Source: Bacteriovoracia bacterium
GTDB taxonomy: Bacteria; Bdellovibrionota; UBA1018; CAIPTA01
Length of the DNA: 64,000 bases
Direction of reading: 5' to 3'
Assembly (NCBI GenBank): GCA_050246755.1
Contig: JBFWVL010000001.1
Coordinates: forward strand, 96,001 to 160,000
Position 1 is the stretch's first letter. Each line of letters starts with the position of its first letter. Below, in pieces: positions 1-9,999 of the stretch. A program made the position numbers and the translations under genes. The notes under the pieces are model-generated. The model did no database searches. It saw only the letters and a list, made by a program, of their open reading frames with translations, and was not told the DNA's origin.

Positions 1-504
1 GACCTTTCAACCGACCTCTTCAAGGTAATCGCCGATTGGTATCATTTTGCCATCCTGGAGATGACGCATTTGCCGGGTTTCCGCTTGCGTGCCGAAAGCA
101 TCAGCAAGAGCCTAAACATCTCCAAGATAGAAGCCGAAGTGGCCATCGAACGGCTGCTGCGGTTGGAGCTCCTAGAAAAAACGGCCAAAGGATCCTACCG
201 AAAAACTCACGACTATGTTCTGGCGCAATCCCAAATTTCCGCCGGAGCCCTCAGGCAATTCCACCGTCAGTACCTCGAAAAAGCGCAGCTGGCCCTCGAG
301 GCGCAGTCTCCCCGGGAACGCGTGAGTGCCACCGACGTTCTGCCGCTAAATTCCAAGTATCTGCCCGAGGTGGATCGGCTATCGCGGGAATTTTCTTCCG
401 CCGTGCTTCGGCTTTCAGAAAAAACCGGCACCAAAGATGCCGTCTACGCCCTCGGAGTGCATTGTTTTCGCTTAACCACCGCCTATTCTGGAGAAAAATC
501 ATGA
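1..504 (+). CDS. TIGR02147-family protein (DUF4423 C-terminal region), 5'-truncated by the window edge
   Basis: Frame 1 is open from base 1 (DLSTDLFKVIADWYHFAILEM...). The 'WYHFAILE', 'LRQFHRQYLEKA' and 'VYALGVHCFRL' motifs match the family and the two copies at 31 kb. Confidence 0.85.
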   Translation, partial: DLSTDLFKVIADWYHFAILEMTHLPGFRLRAESISKSLNISKIEAEVAIERLLRLELLEKTAKGSYRKTHDYVLAQSQISAGALRQFHRQYLEKAQLALEAQSPRERVSATDVLPLNSKYLPEVDRLSREFSSAVLRLSEKTGTKDAVYALGVHCFRLTTAYSGEKS

Positions 505-1550
505 AAGCATTAATCCTTGCCGTTACCCTCGTCTTCACTTTCACCGGCCCCTGCTTCGCCTCCGGCTCCAGCGTGCGCGGCGGCGGCGACGAAGTGGCTC
601 TGGAATTCCATAAAAGCTTGTCCCGTGCCATTTCGGAACTCAAGGAACGAGACCAGGAAATATACCGTCGCATCTCGGCGGATCGCTTGCTTGATCTTTC
701 CCGGGAGGCCAAAATCGTGGTGGTCGATAATGCTCTGGAAGTGAAGATTAAAGACCTGATCCAGAATTCCGTGGCGGTGAATGTGCCGGCGAAAAATTTG
801 ATTTTGATCAATCGATCTCGCTGGCAAGCTATCGCAGACGATCGGGTAAAAGAAGCTATTTCCCTGCACGAAATCCTCAGCCTGCAAAAGTTGGAGCAAA
901 CCGGACTCTACGAGATTTCCGCGAAATACCTCGCCCTACAAGGATTGCCGCAAGAACTCTTGTCCTCCAGCCTAGCCGTCAATCGCCTCCAGCAAATCCT
1001 GGCGCTAGAGCCTGCAGACTCTCCGTATGCGGTGCTCGAGAAGCTTTTCCAGGAGGCTCGCGAGCCCTTGACGCTCCGTGATCTGGCAGTCTTGCACTCC
1101 GACCCGGCCTTTCGCTGCCAATCCACCTACTCTTTTAAAATGCGGAGCGACTCGGATCAATGGTCCGATCCCAGCGAACTCCGCGCCGTTTTGGCTGGGC
1201 AATTAGTGGTAGAAACCAAAGCCCCCGTCCCGGGACGCGTAAGCCGTGGGCCGCTCTTTCCCGGCAGCGATCCCTCTCCCGCCGCCGAGGATACCCGGAT
1301 TTTCGTCGGAACGACGGGCAATTTTGGAATGAATTCTAATCCCACTTGGAAAAACTGGCAGGACTCTTCGCTAAAGAGCGACGGCAGGAAGATCCGGCAG
1401 TCCCTGGTGGATCCCGACCAAAGAAAAAAACGCACGGACGAGGTGCGGAAAAATAATGGCCTGCTCGTGATCAAGACGATCGAAGACACGAATAACCGCA
1501 ACTGGTTCAGTATGCCCTTTATCGCCTATACCTATTGCTATAGAGAATAG
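501..1550 (+). CDS. Secreted hypothetical protein with Gly-rich N-terminus and HE-only zincin-like motif
   Basis: ATG at 501 overlaps the upstream stop (ATGA), with GGAG RBS. Signal peptide MKALILAV...CFA, then GSSVRGGG; motif LINRSRW...EAISLHEIL. Confidence 0.75.
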   Translation: MKALILAVTLVFTFTGPCFASGSSVRGGGDEVALEFHKSLSRAISELKERDQEIYRRISADRLLDLSREAKIVVVDNALEVKIKDLIQNSVAVNVPAKNLILINRSRWQAIADDRVKEAISLHEILSLQKLEQTGLYEISAKYLALQGLPQELLSSSLAVNRLQQILALEPADSPYAVLEKLFQEAREPLTLRDLAVLHSDPAFRCQSTYSFKMRSDSDQWSDPSELRAVLAGQLVVETKAPVPGRVSRGPLFPGSDPSPAAEDTRIFVGTTGNFGMNSNPTWKNWQDSSLKSDGRKIRQSLVDPDQRKKRTDEVRKNNGLLVIKTIEDTNNRNWFSMPFIAYTYCYRE

Positions 1551-1554
1551 GAAA

Positions 1555-3066
1555 CTAGTCGTCCGTCGTCATCCCATCAAACTTCGCCGGACGATTGGTG
1601 AGCTCTAGGTCCTCTTTACTGAGGGGGGCCACGCTAGAACCGGTCATCATTTTCATGCCATCCGAGGAAACCGAAGCGGGCTTGCGCCAATCGCGGGGAT
1701 GCCACATCGTGCCGGTATTGAGGTACTTGCGGCTCGTGGAATAAATCAGCCCGCAGTCCCGGTGGTAAGAGATCGTGGGACAACCGCTCTTGGCGAAGAA
1801 GGCGTAGCGGTAGTCGAATCCTCCCTGCCCGCGCGCTTCTTTCCCCTGCGCCGAGAAGTACTTGAAGCCCGCCACTTTGGCGGCGTCGTACTTGGGCAGC
1901 TCGTTGGCTTTGATGTCGATATAGGAGATGAAAACTACCGCGTGGCCGGTGCCGTTTTCGCGGTTGATATTCACGAAGGATCCGGGCTGAAGCTCCGAGA
2001 AAGGCACGAGCTCTCCCATCCCGAACTGGTTCAGCGCGTCAGCGGTTCCGTAAGCATCGAGCTTAGGGTCTACCCATATCCGGGATTTAATCCCCGTGGT
2101 CGCGAGCGAGCTCCAGCTCTTGAAGGGCAAGTACTCGTATACCGAGCGGTCGCCGGTCTCTTCCGCGTAGATATCGTAGGCGGTGAGAATTACCTCGAGG
2201 GCCGCGGCCACGCACATGGTGAGGTTGCCGTAGGTGGCCTTCAGCGTGCCGAGACCACCGTAGTCGAGGTCGTGGGTATAAACAGCTTTAATATTATAAC
2301 CCAGCAGCCCATGCTCGGCGCGGATCTTGTCCACGGCTTTCAGGATATACCCGTTGAAATTCTTGGCCGCCGGCGGAGGAGCGGCTTTCGGCCACACGTT
2401 CACATTGTAGGTTTTGGTCACCACTTCGCTGCCCGCCGTCTTGCCCGTGAACCTCAGCTCGAAGGCGCCGTGGCCGGTAAGAATGGTATTGAAGCGGAAT
2501 TTTTTCTGGTCGCTCACGTATTCGGCGGCGCCCAGGAGCGTGCCGTTCTTGGAAACTTCTACCGCGTCGATGCCCGCACTCGCCACGATGTAGAAAAGCG
2601 CGTTATCACCGTCGGTGAAATTCTGCTGGTCCTTCAGGTTTTCCACGGTGAGCATAGGGGCCACGGCTTTTACCTCCACCTTATAGTCCACGCGCGCGAG
2701 CACCTTGGCCTTCGCGTCGTAGCCCACCACGGAGAGCGTATGCTTGCCGATCTGGGCGGCGGTGAATACCGTAGCCAGACTGAAGCTGGATGAAGCGCTC
2801 GAGGCGAGCACGGCGTTATCGAGAACTAAACTAATTTTACTGATAGCGGTGGCCTTGCCGGTAACCGTCACGTTTTTGCCCACCGTATACACGGCCGCGG
2901 GCGTATCCACCTTCAGGCTGGGCTTGGGCGCGGTGGGCGGAGGCGATGGTGGGGTTTCCGGCTTCTTCCCGAAGGCGAAGACCGGCTCGGCGGTAACGAG
3001 CAGAAGGGTGAGGGTGAGAAATAAAGTGGCGACGCCTTGGCTGAAACGTGTAGTACCTGTTTTCAT
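1555..3066 (-). CDS. Secreted protein with two Ig-like domains and a C-terminal Cys/His (papain/NlpC-P60-like) domain
   Basis: Signal peptide, Pro-rich linker, two beta-rich Ig-like repeats, then TMCVAAALEV ... GTGHAVVF motifs. Confidence 0.6.
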   Translation of the reverse strand: MKTGTTRFSQGVATLFLTLTLLLVTAEPVFAFGKKPETPPSPPPTAPKPSLKVDTPAAVYTVGKNVTVTGKATAISKISLVLDNAVLASSASSSFSLATVFTAAQIGKHTLSVVGYDAKAKVLARVDYKVEVKAVAPMLTVENLKDQQNFTDGDNALFYIVASAGIDAVEVSKNGTLLGAAEYVSDQKKFRFNTILTGHGAFELRFTGKTAGSEVVTKTYNVNVWPKAAPPPAAKNFNGYILKAVDKIRAEHGLLGYNIKAVYTHDLDYGGLGTLKATYGNLTMCVAAALEVILTAYDIYAEETGDRSVYEYLPFKSWSSLATTGIKSRIWVDPKLDAYGTADALNQFGMGELVPFSELQPGSFVNINRENGTGHAVVFISYIDIKANELPKYDAAKVAGFKYFSAQGKEARGQGGFDYRYAFFAKSGCPTISYHRDCGLIYSTSRKYLNTGTMWHPRDWRKPASVSSDGMKMMTGSSVAPLSKEDLELTNRPAKFDGMTTDD

Positions 3067-3152
3067 ATCCAAGCCATCGGGAAAATGACCGGGAATACTT
3101 AGCGAGATTAGCTAATGTTAGCCGATGACAGGTTATGCCTACACGGCGGCGT

Positions 3153-3395
3153 TTACTTTACGTTGAAATAATAGAATTTGCCGCCGCTAGGATCATCGGA
3201 GAAAAAGCCTTCTTTCAGGCTGTCCCCTATCTTCTTTTGGAGACTCCCGAACACCGGACGCGCGAGCACGAAAATCATTCCCACCACCACGGCGAGCACG
3301 AGGATATACTCGAGAATGGATTGCCCACGCTCGTTGCGGAGCATTCCCCTAGAGAGGATAGCGCCGAAAAACTTCCTTATACGTATGCTCCACAT
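3153..3395 (-). CDS. Flp/Tad-type pilin-like small protein (alternative start 3344)
   Basis: RNERGQSILEYILVLAVVV: class III prepilin cleavage site G|Q with EY at +5/+6, followed by a hydrophobic helix. Confidence 0.7.
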   Translation of the reverse strand: MWSIRIRKFFGAILSRGMLRNERGQSILEYILVLAVVVGMIFVLARPVFGSLQKKIGDSLKEGFFSDDPSGGKFYYFNVK

Positions 3396-4653
3396 ATTCG
3401 AGCCCTCTTCCTTCCTGGAATACGGATTCGATCTCCCGCTTCTTCACATATTGTAGAACATCGGGATCGGCGAGCAAACGTTCTTTGAGCGCATCTCCGC
3501 CCTTCCAGGCCTCGAGCGCATGCTTCTGCACCAAACGATAAGCGGCATCGCGGGCAAGGCCGGCCTCCACGAGGGCCAGCAACACGGCACCGGAATAAAC
3601 GAGGCCGCGGGTATGCTGAAGATTCTCTTTCACCCGCTTCTCCTTCACGCGCAATCCTTCGATCAATTTACGCGAGCGCACGAGCATATAGTGCATGAGG
3701 ATGGTGGCGTCGGGACCGATCACGCGTTCCACGGAAGAATGCGAGATGTCGCGCTCGTGCCAGAGCGGAATATTCTCGAGGGCCGACTGCGCGTAGCCGC
3801 GGAGGAGGCGCGCGCAGCCCGTGAGATTTTCGGCGGAGATCGGATTTTTTTTATGGGGCATCGCGGAGCTGCCTTTTTGCCCGGCGCTGAACCCCTCCTC
3901 CACCTCGCCCACTTCGGTGCGCTGCAGGTGGCGCAGCTCCACCGCCATGCGCTCGATGCCGCTGGCGAGCAGAGCCAGGGCGGCGAAAAATTCGGCGTGG
4001 CGATCACGGGGAATTACCTGCGTGGAAACGGGCTCGGGCGTGAGTCCTAAGTAAGCGCAGGCCTTTTTTTCCACCGTGGGCGGCAAGGTTCCGTAGGAGC
4101 CCACGGCTCCCGAGAACATTCCCACCGAGATCGCTTCCACCGCGCGCGCAAAACGCTCCCGGTTACGCTGAAGTTCCGCGTAGTGCGAGAGAAAACGCAG
4201 GCCGAAAGAAAGCGGCTCGGCGTGAATGCCGTGGGAGCGGCCAATCGCGGGCAGGCGCTTGGTATCGAGCGCAAGCTTCTTCAGGGCTTTCGCCAGGAGC
4301 TTCGCCTCCGCTTCGATCAGCGCGGCCGATTCCTTCAGCTGCAGAGCGAAGGCGGTATCGACCACATCGCTCGAAGTGAGGCCATAGTGAAAATACTGGG
4401 CATCCTCGCCCACCAGCTTCTCGATCTGCATCGTGAACGCGATGATATCGTGCTTCACTATTTCTTCGTTGGCCTGGATTTGTTTTACGTTAACGCGGGC
4501 CTTGCTCGCGAGGCGCTTATAGGCCGCCGCCGGCATGATTTTCAGGTCGGCCATCGCCCGGCAGGCGGCGAGTTCCACGCGCAGCCAAGTTTTGTATTTC
4601 GCTTCTTCCGTCCAAAGGGCGGCGGCGGCCGGCAGGGTATAGCGCTCGATCAT
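3349..4653 (-). CDS. purB: Adenylosuccinate lyase
   Basis: MIERY N-terminus, HYGLTSSDVVDT, GRSHGIHAEP, SSAMPHKKNP signature. Confidence 0.97.
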   Translation of the reverse strand: MIERYTLPAAAALWTEEAKYKTWLRVELAACRAMADLKIMPAAAYKRLASKARVNVKQIQANEEIVKHDIIAFTMQIEKLVGEDAQYFHYGLTSSDVVDTAFALQLKESAALIEAEAKLLAKALKKLALDTKRLPAIGRSHGIHAEPLSFGLRFLSHYAELQRNRERFARAVEAISVGMFSGAVGSYGTLPPTVEKKACAYLGLTPEPVSTQVIPRDRHAEFFAALALLASGIERMAVELRHLQRTEVGEVEEGFSAGQKGSSAMPHKKNPISAENLTGCARLLRGYAQSALENIPLWHERDISHSSVERVIGPDATILMHYMLVRSRKLIEGLRVKEKRVKENLQHTRGLVYSGAVLLALVEAGLARDAAYRLVQKHALEAWKGGDALKERLLADPDVLQYVKKREIESVFQEGRGLEYVEHTYKEVFRRYPL

Positions 4654-5621
4654 GATTTCTCCTCGTGGCCTCGGTAATAAATTTTTTCCTGCGGGTCGGC
4701 ATCGGCGGGCGCCTGGGGAAAACCTTCCCGCAGCTTGCCGTCGCGGATCACCTTCGCGTAGTAACTCTCGTATTTTTCGGCCATATGCCGGTGCGTGAAC
4801 GCGGCCTCCACGCGGGCGCGGCAGGCCTCACCCGGAATTTTAATATTCTTGGCGGCGGCCACGAGCTCGGGGAAAGAATCAGCCAGGATCCCGCAGCTAG
4901 GATCCACGATTTCGGGCAAGGCTCCGCGAGGGGTGGCCACCACGGGCGTGCCGCAGGCGAGCGCCTCCACCACCGCGATGCCGAATGGCTCTTCCCAAAT
5001 CACGGGGAAAAGCAGCGCTGAGGCGCTCTGGAGCAACGCTAATTTCTGGGGGCCGTCCACCGTCCCGAAAGACTTCACGCCCAAATGCCAGCAGCCCGCC
5101 CGCCCGCCCGCCACGTGCAGGGGCTTGCCGGCCGCCTTGGCGATCTGGATCGCGCCCTTGAGATTCTTCACGCGCCAGGAAGCCTTGGCGAGAAAGAGCA
5201 GGTAATTTTCTTTGCGGCGCTCGAGGGGATACTCCGAAAGGTCGAGGCCGTTATGCACGAACTCCGTCCAGCCATGGCGGCTCGCGTGGTTTTTGCTCAC
5301 GAAAACGGTATTGGGGTGGAAACGCTCGCCCGCCTGGCCATTACCGCCGATATTTACCAGCAGCGGCGCCTCGACGGCAAAATTGGGAGTGCTGTAAAGC
5401 TGTACCACCTCGGTGCCGGCGGGAAGAAGCGGATCCAGGCGCTCGATCTTTTCGGGCAGAGGAAGCGTGCGGGCGAAGGGCAGCTTGCTCCCCGGCCGGC
5501 AAAGAATCGTGACTTCATGGCCGCGCTCCGCCTGCGCTTTCGCGAGCCAGTAACAGACGCGCTCGGTGCCGCCGTAGCCCGCCACCGGAAACGAAGTGGA
5601 AATCACGTGGGTGATTTTCAA
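4650..5621 (-). CDS. Glycosyltransferase family 4 (GT-B)
   Basis: GYGGTER N-terminal motif; EEPFGIAVVEALACGTPVV. Confidence 0.9.
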   Translation of the reverse strand: MKITHVISTSFPVAGYGGTERVCYWLAKAQAERGHEVTILCRPGSKLPFARTLPLPEKIERLDPLLPAGTEVVQLYSTPNFAVEAPLLVNIGGNGQAGERFHPNTVFVSKNHASRHGWTEFVHNGLDLSEYPLERRKENYLLFLAKASWRVKNLKGAIQIAKAAGKPLHVAGGRAGCWHLGVKSFGTVDGPQKLALLQSASALLFPVIWEEPFGIAVVEALACGTPVVATPRGALPEIVDPSCGILADSFPELVAAAKNIKIPGEACRARVEAAFTHRHMAEKYESYYAKVIRDGKLREGFPQAPADADPQEKIYYRGHEEKS

Positions 5622-7042
5622 TCGCGCCTCCTATCCTCTCCCTTTATCCGCTCGAGCAGATCCATGGCGGTGGCAATCTCGCCCACGAGCCCATGAAAAG
5701 GCCGGATATCGCGCGAGCAAAGCGCCAGGCCATCCAGACCGAACTCTTTCCAGTCGATGCTGCCGGGCAAATCGGGCGAAGCGGATAAACCATTTTCATA
5801 TACCCGGAGCATATCCGGAATATCCGCCAGCGATTCGAAGCGATAGTAGCGCTGGAACACGGGATCCTGCTCGAGCTTATCGGCGTCGGGCGAAAGCGCG
5901 AACGGGCGTTCCCGGAGGAAGGGCATCAGCTCGCCGAGCCGTTCCAGTGAGCGCTTAAGCACGCGGGTGATATAGCGCGCGTGGATCGTTTCCTCGGCGA
6001 AGGGCATGAGCATGCGGGCGATCACGGCCACGTGCCCGGCGGGAATCCCCCCGTAGACATCTTTGCGGAAAATTTGCAGCTGCAGGAAATTCTCCTGCTC
6101 GAGGCCTTCAGCCGGACTCACCAGGGCCACGTGGGAGCCGAGTCCTTCCGGAACCAACGCCTCCGGCATGAGCAGGGTGAAGCTCAGGCGCCAGTAGCGC
6201 GGGCGCATCGCCCTCACTCTTTCCAGCAATCGTTTCGGGCGGCGCGCGAGCGGAATCAAGTGGAGAAACTTCTCGGCATCGAGCGAACCCACCACGCGGG
6301 GGCTGCGCACGAAGCCTTCGTAGGAAGAAAGGAGAACCCCGGTGAGCCGGCCCCGCTCGAACACGATCTCTTCCACTTCGGTGGCGCGCTTCACGGTGCC
6401 GCCCGATACCATGATACGGGAAAGCAAGCGCTCTTTGAGGCCGCTGCGCCCGCCGATCGGAAAACGTACCCCGCGGGCACCGAGTTCCATGAGATCGCGG
6501 TACGCCGGAGCGCTGATCCGTGGGGGAGCCATCGAGCCGTAGAGCATCGCCTGCATCGGCCCATAAGCTTCGTAGCTCACCGGCAGCTGGAGCCTGGCAA
6601 TGAGGTCGGAAAAAGATCCCCGGCTCACTTCTTGGCCAGACAAAGCGCGCGCCAAGCCTTCCAGCTGCCCCTTAGGCAGAGGCAGCTCGCGACGCAGCTG
6701 CTGGAGCAGGGAGTCGGCGCGGTAAGAAAAATCCAGACGCAAACGCGGTGCTACGACCTGCAGGCCCGGCTCGTGAAAAGGAAATACCTCGTCGATATTC
6801 TGGTAAAGTCCGAGGCTTTGGAGAAAACGATCCAGCGGCGTATCGGCCGCGAGGCCGATCACGGGTTCGGCCGCAAAATCCCCGAGTAGTTTACCCGAAG
6901 GCACTTCGTAGAGCACGGTGGGAACCGAAGACTCCTCGAGCACCAGCACGCGAAGCCCCGTTTGGGCGGCACCCGCGGCGAGGAATAGCCCGCCGAGCTG
7001 GTTGCCGATCACGATTAGGTCGTAGCTATCGCGTAGCTGCAT
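5618..7042 (-). CDS. FAD/NAD(P)-dependent oxidoreductase, phytoene dehydrogenase-like
   Basis: YDLIVIGNQLGGL...VLVLE degenerate Rossmann motif; FPIGG; 'EVEEIVFERGRLTGV'. Confidence 0.65.
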   Translation of the reverse strand: MQLRDSYDLIVIGNQLGGLFLAAGAAQTGLRVLVLEESSVPTVLYEVPSGKLLGDFAAEPVIGLAADTPLDRFLQSLGLYQNIDEVFPFHEPGLQVVAPRLRLDFSYRADSLLQQLRRELPLPKGQLEGLARALSGQEVSRGSFSDLIARLQLPVSYEAYGPMQAMLYGSMAPPRISAPAYRDLMELGARGVRFPIGGRSGLKERLLSRIMVSGGTVKRATEVEEIVFERGRLTGVLLSSYEGFVRSPRVVGSLDAEKFLHLIPLARRPKRLLERVRAMRPRYWRLSFTLLMPEALVPEGLGSHVALVSPAEGLEQENFLQLQIFRKDVYGGIPAGHVAVIARMLMPFAEETIHARYITRVLKRSLERLGELMPFLRERPFALSPDADKLEQDPVFQRYYRFESLADIPDMLRVYENGLSASPDLPGSIDWKEFGLDGLALCSRDIRPFHGLVGEIATAMDLLERIKGEDRRRD

Positions 7043-7043
7043 C

Positions 7044-7433
7044 TCACTTCTTTCTTTGGTTCTCTACCGGAGTTACGCAGGTGCCCTTAGCCTTACAAAC
7101 AATGATGGGTTGATCGAGAATATCGGCGGCGGTGGCGGAAATTTCCGGCCTCGCCTGAATTACTTTGCGTGCCTCGAACTCCATCGTGCGCGAGCTCTTG
7201 CCCTCTTTCACGATACGTCCCACGGCCTCGATATAATCGCCGGCGTATACGGGCGCGAGGAACTCCACCGATTCGTAGGCGCGGAACAGGCCTTCATCGC
7301 CGTCGCGGTGGATGAGCAATTCGGTGGCTACGTCGCCAAAAAGGTGGAGCATCTTCGCGCCGTCGACCAATCCCCCGCCGTAATGGGCGTCTTCGGCTCC
7401 CATGCGTAAACGGATCACTACTTCTTTTGCCAT
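7044..7433 (-). CDS. kal: 3-aminobutyryl-CoA ammonia-lyase (hotdog fold)
   Basis: [12 protein letters not shown]...[35 protein letters not shown] is the Kal/beta-alanyl-CoA ammonia-lyase signature. Confidence 0.88.
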   Translation of the reverse strand: MAKEVVIRLRMGAEDAHYGGGLVDGAKMLHLFGDVATELLIHRDGDEGLFRAYESVEFLAPVYAGDYIEAVGRIVKEGKSSRTMEFEARKVIQARPEISATAADILDQPIIVCKAKGTCVTPVENQRKK

Positions 7434-7512
7434 TTGCTCTCCCTTATTTGGTGCAGCTTACCCTAAAAATCCGTTTGGCACGGAGGCCCGAAGCCAGGAA
7501 ATACCCGCGATT

Positions 7513-8775
7513 TTAGCCCTTCGGCAGGCAATCTTCCACGAAACGGGCCACCCGCTCCCCCGCCCCCCGGTGCACTTGCAGAAAAACATGGAGCGAATCT
7601 ACGGCCCGCTGCCGCGCCCGCCCCTCGGCGTGCACCTCCAGCATCCAATCGGCCAAAATCCGCGCGCCCCCGCCTTCGGGCAAAGCCAGCGCCGCCCCCA
7701 CCGTGCTGAGAGTAACGGCTTCGGGGCTCCGGCCGTAATGCGGGCCGAAAGCCACCGGCAACCCGTGCGCGGCAGGCTCCACGATGCTGTGAATTTGGCG
7801 GCCGAATCCCCCGCCCACGTAAGCCAGGCGGCCGAGCCCGTAAATCTCGGCGAGAAAACCCCTCTGATCCACGAGCATCACCTCCGCCTTGGATCCCTGC
7901 GTGATTTGCGAAAAGCGCTGGTGCGTGAGCCCTTGGGCGTCCAAGGCTTTCTCGAGGTGGCTCAAGTGTTCCGGCGTGGGCTCGTGGGGCACGATCACGA
8001 GGGAACGAGGAAATTTCAGGCGCCGCCAGGCTTCGAGCAAAATCGTTTCATCTTTGGGCCAAGTGGATCCCGCCACGAGACAGAACTTCTGCCGCGACCA
8101 TAGCTTCAATCTTTCGCCCGCACGGCTTTCGGTGAGCGCTTTATCCACCCGCGCCAGCGCGCGATCCACCCGGGGGTCTCCGGCCACGAGGCCCCGTGCT
8201 CGGGCGTGCACGAAAGGCTCCCAGGCATTAGCGGCGATCGCGTCCACGAAAGTCCAGGCGGTAACCGAGGAAAAAAGCACGTGGCGCGCGTGCAAGCTGA
8301 GCCAGCCGAACCAGCCGAGCGGCGGCGTGGAGGCATTGATGAGCAGCACGGGCACCCCAGCTTTCTTGGCGGCGAGAACGTGGTTGGGCCAGATATCGTA
8401 GCGATTGAGCACCAGGAGCCGCGGCCGCACCAGCGCCATCAGCTCTTCCATGTCGTCGGGCCGATCTAGCGGAAGAAAATCCGCGTAGCGCACGAAGCTC
8501 CAGTCCTTCACGAGCCGAGGAACCGAAGGCGAAAAATAACTCAGCACCACCGAATAATTTCCTCTGAGGCCTTCGATCACGGGGCGCGCTTGCTCGAGCT
8601 CGCCCACGCTCGAAACGTGGAACCAAATCCGGTTTTCACCGAGATCAGCGCGGCGCCAGCGCTCAAGGAGCCCTTCCCGAGCCTGGAGAAACTCCCTCAA
8701 GCCGGGAGAAAAACGGGAGAGAAAATCCAGGAGCGAGATTAGGCGCGGCAGCAAAAATTGGTAGAGCTTTAGCAA
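7513..8775 (-). CDS. waaA: 3-deoxy-D-manno-octulosonic acid (Kdo) transferase
   Basis: IWFHVSSVGE, LPLD, AGSTW, IVPHEP, AYVGGGF, VEPAAHG motifs. Confidence 0.92.
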   Translation of the reverse strand: MLKLYQFLLPRLISLLDFLSRFSPGLREFLQAREGLLERWRRADLGENRIWFHVSSVGELEQARPVIEGLRGNYSVVLSYFSPSVPRLVKDWSFVRYADFLPLDRPDDMEELMALVRPRLLVLNRYDIWPNHVLAAKKAGVPVLLINASTPPLGWFGWLSLHARHVLFSSVTAWTFVDAIAANAWEPFVHARARGLVAGDPRVDRALARVDKALTESRAGERLKLWSRQKFCLVAGSTWPKDETILLEAWRRLKFPRSLVIVPHEPTPEHLSHLEKALDAQGLTHQRFSQITQGSKAEVMLVDQRGFLAEIYGLGRLAYVGGGFGRQIHSIVEPAAHGLPVAFGPHYGRSPEAVTLSTVGAALALPEGGGARILADWMLEVHAEGRARQRAVDSLHVFLQVHRGAGERVARFVEDCLPKG

Positions 8776-9851
8776 GGATAACCCCGGGCACGCAGCTTCC
8801 CGATCACCAGCTCCGGGCTGAGATCATATAGGCACTTTCTCGTGCCGAATCTCCAGCAAATTTTCCCGGTCTTCGAGCAAGGCCGGCAGATTAAATTGAG
8901 CCCCAGCAACAAAGATCCTTCCCGGTAAGGCGAAAATCCCATGCTCTCGTGAGTGGGGCCTTCGATCATGGCCACGTCTTTTCCCAACGCTTCGGCGATA
9001 TGTACCATGCCCGTGTCGTTACCGATCACCCAGCGAGCCTGAGCCAGCACCGCCATGCTTTCCCGCAGGTTCGTTACCCCACGCAGCGATCGGCTTTCCG
9101 GATTCACTTCTTTGGCGCCCGCGGCCACGAGATCGCACGCCACGTCTTTTTCTCCGCCCAGCACCACCACCGGAACTTTCTGTGCCAGCGCCTGCGCCAG
9201 TTCGGCGAAATAGGGCCATTCCTTGCCTTTCCAAGCACTCACCGGCAATAACGCCACGAAATCTCCGGCCGGCAAGATATCTTTCACCCTGGCTTTTTCT
9301 TCCGCGGAAACCACCAGCTTCGTGGCGAACCCAGGTGAGGGGGCCACGTGGTTTTCCCTCGCGAGCGAAGCCAATGCCACGCGCCAAAACTTTCGCGCCC
9401 TGCCTCCGCGTCCGAACCCAACCCAGGCCCCCAGGCGGCCCAACAGGATAAGCCACTCTCTCAGCCTCTCTTTTTTGGCTACGTATACCGGAGCGCTTTT
9501 TCGCAGGCGGCGGCGCCAGTTCCAGGTGCGCCAGGAATCTTGCAGGTCGAGCACGAAATCAAATTGCTGGCTCTCAAACCAGGCGAAGAATTTTTCACGC
9601 GCTGCGCCCTCACCCTCGGCACGAGGATCGAAAACATGAACGGCGGCGATATCGGGCTGCCCCGTGATAATCGGAGCGAAGCTATTTTTCGTCACAAAAG
9701 AAAGCTCGCAGCCCGCCTGGCGAAGAGGCGCAAGCACCGAGGTAGCGAGCACTAAGTCTCCGAGGGAACTTAAACGAATCACTAAGATTTTTTTGCGCTC
9801 GCTCTGCAACCATTCACTCCTGAGCCAGACGCCAAACGGCTCCGATCCCAA
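8769..9851 (-). CDS. Glycosyltransferase family 9 (LPS heptosyltransferase, WaaF-like)
   Basis: KILVIRLSSLGDLVL; GNDTGMVHIAEALG; CRPC near C-terminus. Start position uncertain. Confidence 0.9.
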   Translation of the reverse strand: MGSEPFGVWLRSEWLQSERKKILVIRLSSLGDLVLATSVLAPLRQAGCELSFVTKNSFAPIITGQPDIAAVHVFDPRAEGEGAAREKFFAWFESQQFDFVLDLQDSWRTWNWRRRLRKSAPVYVAKKERLREWLILLGRLGAWVGFGRGGRARKFWRVALASLARENHVAPSPGFATKLVVSAEEKARVKDILPAGDFVALLPVSAWKGKEWPYFAELAQALAQKVPVVVLGGEKDVACDLVAAGAKEVNPESRSLRGVTNLRESMAVLAQARWVIGNDTGMVHIAEALGKDVAMIEGPTHESMGFSPYREGSLLLGLNLICRPCSKTGKICWRFGTRKCLYDLSPELVIGKLRARGYPC

Positions 9852-9983
9852 TTTTCGGCCCCGAAAAACCTATACATTTTACACGTGACGCTACTGCTTT
9901 GATTTCCTTTTCGTAACCAAGTGTTTCCCACTAATCGTTTGCTTTCAAGGGCTTTCCTGCTAAAAACTTTGTGGTCAAGTGCG

Positions 9984-9999
9984 TGGCACGCTGATTGCT
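9984..9999 (+). promoter_or_regulatory. Sigma-54 (-24/-12) promoter
   Basis: TGGCACG-CTGA-TTGCT is an exact match to the TGGCACG-N4-TTGCW consensus, about 90 nt upstream of 10089. Confidence 0.75.

Noticed and set aside
36-500. N-terminal 155 aa of the 504-aa ORF 36..1550
   Set aside because: Overlaps the TIGR02147 gene in another frame; the real start with RBS and signal peptide is 501.
1699-2793. 364-aa plus-strand ORF
   Set aside because: Antisense shadow of 1555..3066, typical of GC-rich DNA; no motifs.
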